A DNA stretch of 64,000 nucleotides, from the NCBI GenBank assembly GCA_022842645.1, contig JALHPE010000001.1:71711-135710 (forward strand). The letters run 5' to 3'. Source of the DNA: Minisyncoccota bacterium. Its GTDB lineage: Bacteria; Patescibacteriota; Minisyncoccia; Phycocordibacterales; UBA2100. The notes beneath the pieces were generated by a model. It worked only from the letters and a program-made list of their open reading frames with translations, was not told the DNA's origin and did not search any database. This document shows, piece by piece, positions 46,273 to 53,907 of this stretch (within the stretch, counting starts at the first letter, position 1; each line of letters starts with the position of its first letter). A program made the position numbers and the translations under genes.

Positions 46273-47491
46273 GAGTGTTTTTACGAATGATCATCCACGC
46301 TGGAATATACCCCGCGATTACGGTTGCGCACACAAGAAGACCCATGCGAAATACTGTCGCATCGAGTGGCGCTACGAGAATACCGTCACTAAAGGGAAAA
46401 TTGATCGGGTTTGCCGCAAAAAAGGGTACGAGGAGCGCATACACAACGGCGATACCAATCGCTGAGCCAATGACAGCGTAAAAAATAGATTGAAACACAT
46501 ACGACCACTCAATGGCGCGGCCATTAATCCCTATGCCCTTCAAGATACCAATATATTTACGACGCGTGAAAGCGTTAATAAAGATGACGATAAAGACAGT
46601 GATTGAAGCCACAACAAGACCAATCGAGCTAAATGCCGCACCGAGCATGCTAAACGTTTTGATCATGTCTTTAAGGAATTTTGGTTGTGCATCCTCAAAG
46701 GTTTGCACCTTCGCGTACCCACCCACCCCCTGACGCACCAGAGCATCACGCACCACGCCAGGATCAACGCCATCACGCACCTTAATAGCAATTTCATCTA
46801 CATTACCGTCACTGCGGCCGATGAGTCCGCGGAGCTGCGCATCAACCATAAACGCCGAAAGAGATATTTCATCCACTTTCGCAAATAGAATGCCTTTCAC
46901 GGTTACTTCTCGCATAACATCACCTACACGAAGACGAATCTTTGTGCCTACTCCCACATTCTCCAATGTTGAAAATGCAGGGGTCTCAATGGGAAGATAT
47001 TGTTTGAGCAGATAGTGACCAAGTACCACCTGATCAAAATCGCCCGGTTCAAGAAACGAGCCCTCGATAATACCGTCAGCAAGCCCTGTTACCTCATGCT
47101 CGAAGCGAGGGTCAATACCTACAACCTGGCCCCCCGCAGTATTGGGTTTGTCGGTCTCTCGACGCGTCTTGTAATTCGCCTCAAGAACGCCGCTCTCACG
47201 GTAGCGAGGCGTAAATGCATCTATCTGCGGAATAGTGGAAACAATTGTGATGATATTTTGACTATTCTCTATGTAATCTTTATCGGGTAGTGCAGAAATA
47301 ATGACATCGCTGGTGTAGCGAGCACGCGTTGCATCCACTGCCCCCTGAATCAATCCAACCAAAATACCCGATACGACTACGAGGTTTAAAAATGTGAGTA
47401 CCATCACAAATACGATGAGGCCGGTGGTCCACAAACTCGCACGCCGTATCTGGCGAAGTGCAAGATAGAAACCAACACGCGCGTTGATCAT
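46247..47491 (-). CDS. ABC transporter permease (FtsX/MacB-type) with a large periplasmic loop
   Basis: N-terminal helix, a periplasmic domain of about 220 aa, and 3 C-terminal helices. Confidence 0.8.
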   Translation of the reverse strand: MINARVGFYLALRQIRRASLWTTGLIVFVMVLTFLNLVVVSGILVGLIQGAVDATRARYTSDVIISALPDKDYIENSQNIITIVSTIPQIDAFTPRYRESGVLEANYKTRRETDKPNTAGGQVVGIDPRFEHEVTGLADGIIEGSFLEPGDFDQVVLGHYLLKQYLPIETPAFSTLENVGVGTKIRLRVGDVMREVTVKGILFAKVDEISLSAFMVDAQLRGLIGRSDGNVDEIAIKVRDGVDPGVVRDALVRQGVGGYAKVQTFEDAQPKFLKDMIKTFSMLGAAFSSIGLVVASITVFIVIFINAFTRRKYIGILKGIGINGRAIEWSYVFQSIFYAVIGSAIGIAVVYALLVPFFAANPINFPFSDGILVAPLDATVFRMGLLVCATVIAGYIPAWMIIRKNTLDSILGRN

Positions 47492-47492
47492 G

Positions 47493-49046
47493 TTAGTCCG
47501 AAATAGGGAGCACCTCCCCCACTTGAAGACCTGACAGTATCTCGATGGTGCCCATTGAAGAAATCATACCTGTTGTGACCGGGCGTTCAGTACGCACACC
47601 ATCCTTTGCGACAATCACAAATGAGACACCATCACGCACGCGCACTAATCCCTGAGGAATACTGATAACGCTATCGCGACGATCGGTTGTCATCACAACA
47701 TTTGCGGTCATGCCAGATCGAATGCGCTCATCAGCTGCATCGAACGCGATAAGAATACGATATGTTGACACACCATCTCTCACCGTCTCTGCAGGATCAA
47801 TAGCCGCTACGCGCGCAGGAAACGAAATACTCGGCCCATAGGCATCAAGAGTGACACGCACAGGATCCCCTACGGAAATAAGAGCGATGTTGATTTCTGG
47901 AATATAGCTCTCAACTTCAAAACCTCCACTACCTATCATAGAAACGGCTGTTTCACTCCCAGTAAGAATTGCCCCAATTTTTGCATCAATTGCGGTAATA
48001 GTGCCATCAAAAGGAGCTCGTATTTCTGTCTTCTCAATGAGTGCTGCCGCCGCCGCGACATCTGCTTCCGCGGCGCGCACTTGCGCACGCTGTGCTGCAA
48101 TGCTCGTCGCGGTGGTACCAGCTTGTTTGAGTACAAGATTCTTCTGCGCACTGATGAGCCCTGTTTCTGCGTTGCGATACGCGGTCTCAGCGGATGTTAA
48201 GTCAGCAATGGTATTTTGCACATTATTTCGTCCTGTAGCGACATCAGATGCGTATCCAAGTATCGTTGCGGTGGGATATGCAACGGTCGGCACTGCACGA
48301 CTGAGCGCGGTCGCAGCAATGGAAAGAAGATTCGCAAGCTCTGAAAGATTTGTTCGAGCGACTACAAGTCCTTCGAGAAGAGCATCGGGTGATGACGCGC
48401 CGGAAAGCGGCTTCCACAGAGCAAAACGTTCCTGAATTGCTACGCGCGCATCAGTAAAATCCGCAAGAAAATCGCTATTGTCAATTGATACAATTATCTC
48501 GGGAAATGCGCTCCGTGGATTGACCACAAACTGATCAATGCGATTGAAAAGCGCATCCTGTGCAACCACATAACTTTCTTGCACGGCCTCAAAGAGTGAC
48601 TGACGCGCTTGCGCGAGTACGGATTTTTTTTGTGCAACATCAGCTTCAGCAATGGCGATCTCTTCTGGTCGTACCCCCTGCTCTAGCTCAGCGAGTTGCG
48701 CCCGCTCGGATGCGAGTATTGCTTCTTTTTGTAAACGCGAGGCACGAAGCTCGCTCTGTTCCAACCGCACGAGAATATCGCCAGCATTCACACGATCCCC
48801 AACGTTTACCGCCACGCTCGCAACTCTCCCTCCCTGTGAAAAACCCAAATCAACAGACTGTGTAGACTCTACTTTTCCAGACGCAGACACTTCTTGGACA
48901 AATTCACCAGAGGTTACTACTACCACCTCCATCTCTTCTCGAGGTGAGAGATACCAATATCCAACCGCAACGGAACATACAATTGCGAGCACCCCATACG
49001 CGAGGAACGTACGCGATGCAAACGAGAACATACCATTCATCGTCAT
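47493..49046 (-). CDS. HlyD-family periplasmic adaptor (membrane fusion protein) of the ABC exporter
   Basis: N-terminal anchor, a biotinyl/lipoyl-like hairpin, a long coiled-coil, and a beta-barrel C-terminus. ATG at 49044-49046. Confidence 0.75.
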   Translation of the reverse strand: MTMNGMFSFASRTFLAYGVLAIVCSVAVGYWYLSPREEMEVVVVTSGEFVQEVSASGKVESTQSVDLGFSQGGRVASVAVNVGDRVNAGDILVRLEQSELRASRLQKEAILASERAQLAELEQGVRPEEIAIAEADVAQKKSVLAQARQSLFEAVQESYVVAQDALFNRIDQFVVNPRSAFPEIIVSIDNSDFLADFTDARVAIQERFALWKPLSGASSPDALLEGLVVARTNLSELANLLSIAATALSRAVPTVAYPTATILGYASDVATGRNNVQNTIADLTSAETAYRNAETGLISAQKNLVLKQAGTTATSIAAQRAQVRAAEADVAAAAALIEKTEIRAPFDGTITAIDAKIGAILTGSETAVSMIGSGGFEVESYIPEINIALISVGDPVRVTLDAYGPSISFPARVAAIDPAETVRDGVSTYRILIAFDAADERIRSGMTANVVMTTDRRDSVISIPQGLVRVRDGVSFVIVAKDGVRTERPVTTGMISSMGTIEILSGLQVGEVLPISD

Positions 49047-49093
49047 GAGTGTAGCATGCGCTACGCATCGCACTGCGGCACACTACGTATATA

Positions 49094-50920
49094 TCACTCA
49101 ACAGTCACCGACTTTGCTAAGTTGCGTGGGCGATCAGGGTTCAATCCTTTCTGAATCGCAACATAATATGCAAAAAGTTGGAGCGGGATGAGGTTTAAAA
49201 TCGGCTGGAGCATCTCAAGTGTTTTCGGCACATAAACTACATCGTCAGCCAGCTTTGCAATACTCTTGTCACCCTCGGTTGCAAGTGCAATCACCAGACC
49301 TTTACGCGCCTTCAGCTCATGCACGTTGGACACATTTTTTTCATACACACTGTCGCGCGGAGTGAGTGCAAAAGTCGGGAATTCTTGATCTATCATCGCA
49401 ATCGGTCCATGCTTCATCTCCCCCGCCCCATAGCCTTCGGCGTGAACATACGAAACTTCCTTAAGCTTCAAGGCTCCCTCAAGCGCAACAGGATAGTTGT
49501 ATTTCCGCCCAATGAAGAGAAAGTCGCGCATGTGCGCATATTTCTTCGCGAGCTTCGCCATTTCTTTTTCTTTTTTGAGCACTGTTTCAAGCTTCTTTGG
49601 AAGTGCAGCGAGTTCGCGTGCAATCTCCGCACCCTTTTTCGGCGAGAGCTTGCGTGCACGACCAAAGAAGAGTGTGAAGAGCGCAAGTGTCGTAAGCTGC
49701 GAGACAAGTGCCTTGGTCGAAGCAACACCCACTTCTGGTCCCGCATGATTGTAGACTCCCGCATCAGTCTCGCGCGCAATTGTAGAGCCAACGGTGTTTA
49801 CGATGCCGAGCGTAAGCGCACCCTTTCGCTTCCCCTCACGGACTGCCTCTAATGTATCTATGGTCTCCCCTGACTGTGAGACGGCAATGAGTGCCGTGCG
49901 CTGGTTTAAAACCGGCGAGCGATAGCGAAATTCGGACGCGAGCTCCACTTCCACAGGAATCCCCGCGAATTCTTCGAGCATGTATTCGCCAATCAAGCCC
50001 GCGTAATATGCCGTGCCGCACCCGACGATAATAATGCGTTCAATGTGCGAGAGCTTTTTGGCGACCGATTCAAGCCCACCAAGCTTTGCCATGCCTTTCT
50101 TCTGGATAAGACGTCCACGCAGGGTATTTGAAACCACATCGGGCGCTTCCATGATTTCTTTCAACATGAAATGCTCGTAGCCGCCCTTCTGTGCCTCTTC
50201 CGCGCCCCAACTCAGTTCTTCGGGATTGCGGCGCACGCGCTTCTGCGAGAGTTTGTAGACTGCGTGCGATGTTGGCGTGAGAACCGCCACCTCGCCATCA
50301 TTCAAAAACAGTACTTTCTTCGTGTGCTTCAAAATTGGCGAAGCATCCGATGCGATGAAATGCTCGCCATTCCCCACGCCAAGCACGATGGGAGAACCCA
50401 TCCGCGCAGCAATAAGTTTCTCCGGTTCTTTTGCGTATTGAATGGCTAGGCCGTACGTGCCGCGCACTTCGCCGAGTGCCTTAAACACTGCTTTTTCAAA
50501 ATTCTTCTCACTCCTCAAGTATTCTTCAATAAGATGTGCCAAAACTTCTGTGTCTGATTCAGAAAAAAATGTGTGCCCTTTCTTGGTAAGTCTTTCTTTT
50601 AGTTCACGAAAGTTCTCAACAATACCGTTGTGTACAAGCCAAATATCCTCCTTTCCGCCATGGTGCGGATGTGCGTTTTTCTCCGTTGGCGCACCGTGTG
50701 TTGCCCAGCGCAAATGTGAGATGCCGCTTTTGCCGGTGAAGCTTTTGGGCACTTTCCCACGAAGCGCACCCACTGCCCCGGGTGTCTTCACCACTCCACT
50801 CTCCGGCGTGTAAATACCAGCGGAATCATAGCCACGATATTCGAGAGACGAGAGCCCCTCAAGTAACACCTCCACGGCGTCTTTGTTTTTCGAACCAGTG
50901 TACGCAAAAATGCCACACAT
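49094..50920 (-). CDS. glmS: Glutamine--fructose-6-phosphate aminotransferase
   Basis: MCGIFAY N-terminal nucleophile, two SIS domains, and 608 aa. ATG at 50918-50920. Confidence 0.9.
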   Translation of the reverse strand: MCGIFAYTGSKNKDAVEVLLEGLSSLEYRGYDSAGIYTPESGVVKTPGAVGALRGKVPKSFTGKSGISHLRWATHGAPTEKNAHPHHGGKEDIWLVHNGIVENFRELKERLTKKGHTFFSESDTEVLAHLIEEYLRSEKNFEKAVFKALGEVRGTYGLAIQYAKEPEKLIAARMGSPIVLGVGNGEHFIASDASPILKHTKKVLFLNDGEVAVLTPTSHAVYKLSQKRVRRNPEELSWGAEEAQKGGYEHFMLKEIMEAPDVVSNTLRGRLIQKKGMAKLGGLESVAKKLSHIERIIIVGCGTAYYAGLIGEYMLEEFAGIPVEVELASEFRYRSPVLNQRTALIAVSQSGETIDTLEAVREGKRKGALTLGIVNTVGSTIARETDAGVYNHAGPEVGVASTKALVSQLTTLALFTLFFGRARKLSPKKGAEIARELAALPKKLETVLKKEKEMAKLAKKYAHMRDFLFIGRKYNYPVALEGALKLKEVSYVHAEGYGAGEMKHGPIAMIDQEFPTFALTPRDSVYEKNVSNVHELKARKGLVIALATEGDKSIAKLADDVVYVPKTLEMLQPILNLIPLQLFAYYVAIQKGLNPDRPRNLAKSVTVE

Positions 50921-50946
50921 AGCGCGGAAACTATAGCACAACTATG

Positions 50947-50975
50947 AAATTCTCAAGGTTCGACCTTGAGAATTT
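50947..50975. repeat. Palindromic element family B copy 1 (aattctcaagg ttcga ccttgagaatt)
   Basis: 11-13 bp perfect stem, read from the sequence. It lies between the S41 peptidase stop and the glmS start. Confidence 0.7.
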
Positions 50976-50985
50976 TGGACTGTGG

Positions 50986-52305
50986 TTATGCCTCGAGCAA
51001 CTTGATTACAGCATCCTCAAAATCACGTATATGGAAACGCTCTCGCACCTGCTCTTTCCAATTAGATGCACCAAGGTCAACATCAGGAACGACACCAAAC
51101 CCCTCGATAGCTTCGCCATCATCGCGCACCATCAAGGAATGCACGAGAAGCACTGAGTATTTCTCAGTCTCGTCAAACTGCGTCTTCAAAGGAAAAGTGT
51201 TTTCAACCGTGCCCCAGCCCTTGGTAGTCTTCCCTACAACAACGCCGAGGTTGAAACGCTTAAACATGGAAGTTGTTAGTTCCGCCGTCGAGCGGGTCTC
51301 GCCATCAACGAGAATTGCTACATCCTTCAGCTCTGCAAGACCTGGTATACGCCCTATTTGCGGCGTGCGCTCAATCTGTGCATCGCCTTGATGGAACAAG
51401 TCATACGCATACTGATTGGGTCCCACAAAAAGTGCGAGCATATATTTTGCAAAATCTAATGTGCCGCCCATATTACCCCGCATATCAATGATCAAGCTGT
51501 CGAGAGCAGGATTCTCCCCTGTCGATGTAAGTGCAGTAATAAATTCTTGGAATGTTGCGGGAGTTACCTGAGCCAAATCGACGTACAAAATGTGCCCCGC
51601 TATCGTGCGCGAGACAAGTGAAGGTTCTATTTTTGCCTCGTCGTAGACCGCCTTTGATGCCTCTTCTGAGAGCACATCCTTCGCGCGCTCCACTTCCGCA
51701 AGTTGTATCGCGGCTTCGGGCGTCGCCTCCGCTTCAAGTTCGGTTTTCTTCTCTACATATGCTGTCGCGACATCATCGGTACTCGCGCCGTCAGGAAGAC
51801 CAAGGCTCTCATAGAGATTTGTATCGCGGTCGACATTGTTTACCACATCTCTAAACGCGATCTCCTGCTTTTCAGAGAGAAGTCCGCTGCGCCCTTGTGG
51901 CGCAAGGTTCACGAGCGCAACAAGGGATGTATCGTGTGCAAGCGCTTTCCGCTTGTCCTCGAGAATAGCGTCAAATTCTTTTGCGAGCACGCGCGCAAGC
52001 TCGGTGCGCGTTAGTTCAAAGGCATCTACCGGTACATCTCCTTTAGCCTTTTGTAGCGAAAGACGAAAGAGCTCAACAAGCTCGTTTTCAGGAAGCTTCT
52101 TCCAGTACTCTTCTGAAATGACGTCGAACACTTCCATCGTGAAGCGAACGAACACGCTTTCAGCTTCCTCGGGGGTTTTGTATGTTTCAGTCGGTATAAC
52201 AACCTCAGCATTCAGTGTTGTGTGTTCATACCACTGATACCCACCACCCAGAAGAACAAGCAAGACGATCAGAGATGCGGGAAATACAAAACGAGAACGT
52301 GACAT
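50986..52305 (-). CDS. S41-family peptidase (C-terminal processing protease-like)
   Basis: IIDMRGNMGG and ILVDGETRSTAE motifs typical of S41 tail-specific proteases. N-terminal anchor. Confidence 0.7.
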   Translation of the reverse strand: MSRSRFVFPASLIVLLVLLGGGYQWYEHTTLNAEVVIPTETYKTPEEAESVFVRFTMEVFDVISEEYWKKLPENELVELFRLSLQKAKGDVPVDAFELTRTELARVLAKEFDAILEDKRKALAHDTSLVALVNLAPQGRSGLLSEKQEIAFRDVVNNVDRDTNLYESLGLPDGASTDDVATAYVEKKTELEAEATPEAAIQLAEVERAKDVLSEEASKAVYDEAKIEPSLVSRTIAGHILYVDLAQVTPATFQEFITALTSTGENPALDSLIIDMRGNMGGTLDFAKYMLALFVGPNQYAYDLFHQGDAQIERTPQIGRIPGLAELKDVAILVDGETRSTAELTTSMFKRFNLGVVVGKTTKGWGTVENTFPLKTQFDETEKYSVLLVHSLMVRDDGEAIEGFGVVPDVDLGASNWKEQVRERFHIRDFEDAVIKLLEA

Positions 52306-52370
52306 TGTAATAGGATATCACGACACATCTGGTGCTCTATATTGATTTTGAGGGGGTTTATGTATCAGGC

Positions 52371-52397
52371 AATTCTCAAGGTTCGACCTTGAGAATT
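52371..52397. repeat. Palindromic element family B copy 2 (identical 27-nt core)
   Basis: Identical sequence to copy 1, located between the phosphatase gene stop and the S41 peptidase start. Confidence 0.7.
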
Positions 52398-52407
52398 TAA
52401 AACATGA

Positions 52408-52956
52408 TTATTCGACCACATACACCCAGCCCGGTTGCCACGACTTCGTCTTACGCCAATCTTCGGCAAGCGCCTCTTTCCAAGTCTTGCCCTTAAGAAT
52501 CACATCAAGCGAAAGCTGAGGTGCCTTATGCCCGACAATAGCTATATGCTTCCCGTCATAGTTCTGTTTGAGAAATGCGATGAAGTCGGCAATACGCGTT
52601 TTCACATCTTCATAGCTCTCCCCGTTCGGGAATGGCTTTTCAATGCACTCGTCTTCTTGCATTGGCTCAACGATATCTGAAGAGGCACCATTCAGATCTC
52701 CATAATTACATTCGCGAAGTCGCGCATCCGGGATGATTTCGTAGAGTCCGTCCCACGCAAGTTTTGCCGGATCGTGAGCGCGCTTGAGGTCGGAGCAAAA
52801 GACGACATCGAACCTCATATCCTTTGTTTGCTCTTTCAATGCGACTGACTGTTGGTGGCCGAGCTCTGACAGTTCAACATCTTTCCACCCGGAAGAAATA
52901 TGCTGTTCGTTGTCGGTGGTAGTGCCGTGAACGAAGTAAGTAATTTGTATTGACAT
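52408..52956 (-). CDS. Histidine phosphatase superfamily protein (phosphoglycerate-mutase-like branch)
   Basis: YFVHGTTTDNE corresponds to the RHG catalytic-His motif region, with a downstream LGHQQ motif. Confidence 0.6.
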   Translation of the reverse strand: MSIQITYFVHGTTTDNEQHISSGWKDVELSELGHQQSVALKEQTKDMRFDVVFCSDLKRAHDPAKLAWDGLYEIIPDARLRECNYGDLNGASSDIVEPMQEDECIEKPFPNGESYEDVKTRIADFIAFLKQNYDGKHIAIVGHKAPQLSLDVILKGKTWKEALAEDWRKTKSWQPGWVYVVE

Positions 52957-53071
52957 ATTGATATTTTAACAGAAAAGACCGCTCTCAGCAGGTATGCAAT
53001 TACGGAATAGATATTCTTTCCAGTATCTAACCCCTTTGGTTCTTTCGATACTTAACTACGCTGTTGCCAGA

Positions 53072-53181
53072 CTTGGATTCGCTCCCCGAATATTTCTTGC
53101 GCCGCGGCGCAAGAAATTTCTAGAGCCGCGGCTCGCGGTCTCGCCTTCTAGCGAGACATCGCTCCGCCGTTCGAATCCAAG
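53072..53181. other. Cloverleaf-like composite palindrome: outer 10-bp inverted repeat (cttggattcg/cgaatccaag) enclosing three internal hairpins
   Basis: Palindromes at 53092-53117 (26 nt perfect), 53123-53134 (gagccgcggctc) and 53138-53157 (gtctcg...cgagac), followed by more hairpins to about 53300. Confidence 0.5.
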
Positions 53182-53696
53182 CCGGAGTGTGCGCAGGCAC
53201 ACTCCTTCCGGCAATAAAATTGCTACGCTATTTTATTGGCTTGGCGGGACTATCTACGAACTGTTAGTTGGGAAGAAATGTTCCCGTATCCCAGTGTTTC
53301 CCTCCAGCAAATGCAGCAATTACTGGCGCTGGCTCACTAGAACAGTATCCGTATATCCGTATCAGACCCGTAATGTACCAAGTATAACAGTTACGTACTG
53401 GTGCATATAGACTCGCCATTCCAGATTCTCAAAATGGGTGGTGGGTGTTTTCTTTTTGACCTTTCAGTTCGGCGGGCGGTCACCCTATCCAAGTTGGAGC
53501 ATTTCGGGGCAAAACCCTTACCAGGTGCGCTGTCGTACCATTGTCCTCATTTGTCGTTGATGGTAGTTGAGGACATATCCAAAACCATTGTCCTGTTTGC
53601 TATGCGTATAACCGTATATGCCAAGTTATGGATAAACATAGAAAATGGGTGTACTCTCGTTTTACCTCACCCGAAGTTGGGTAAAAACCACCCACT

Positions 53697-53903
53697 CTAT
53701 AGGGTGTCTTTTTTAGCTCCCTTTTCCTCTTTGGCACGAGCATCGTATTCATCAGCCCATTCTTTCTTGATTGGTCGGTAAATCACATTGAAAAGATTGA
53801 GCAGATTGATTGCCTCCTCGGTAGCCTTCTCATCAGAAATGTCCTCACTAAATTGTTTGCGCCAGATGGTCTTGAAATCTGAAAGCGCCTTTTTGGATAG
53901 CAT
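53697..53903 (-). CDS. Small hypothetical protein downstream of rloC
   Basis: 68-aa charged ORF, 4 nt from the rloC stop, followed by a bidirectional hairpin plus T-run at about 53688-53714. Confidence 0.35.
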   Translation of the reverse strand: MLSKKALSDFKTIWRKQFSEDISDEKATEEAINLLNLFNVIYRPIKKEWADEYDARAKEEKGAKKDTL

Positions 53904-53907
53904 TGTG

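Noticed and set aside
53161-53190. Possible tRNA or tmRNA (GTTCGAATCC T-loop-like string; GGATTCGAACGG on the minus strand resembles the tmRNA 5' motif)
   Set aside because: The flanking 5-nt segments do not pair as a T-stem. No acceptor stem or CCA context can be built. The string is one arm of the larger 10-bp inverted repeat. I could not fold a tRNA or a tmRNA tag reading frame by hand, so this is left for Infernal or ARAGORN.
52994-53781. Plus-strand ORFs at 52994-53410 (138 aa) and 53401-53781 (126 aa)
   Set aside because: They run through the palindrome- and repeat-dense non-coding region and have no Shine-Dalgarno. Their sequences are dictated by the hairpins, and 53401-53781 overlaps the better-supported minus-strand gene 53697-53903.
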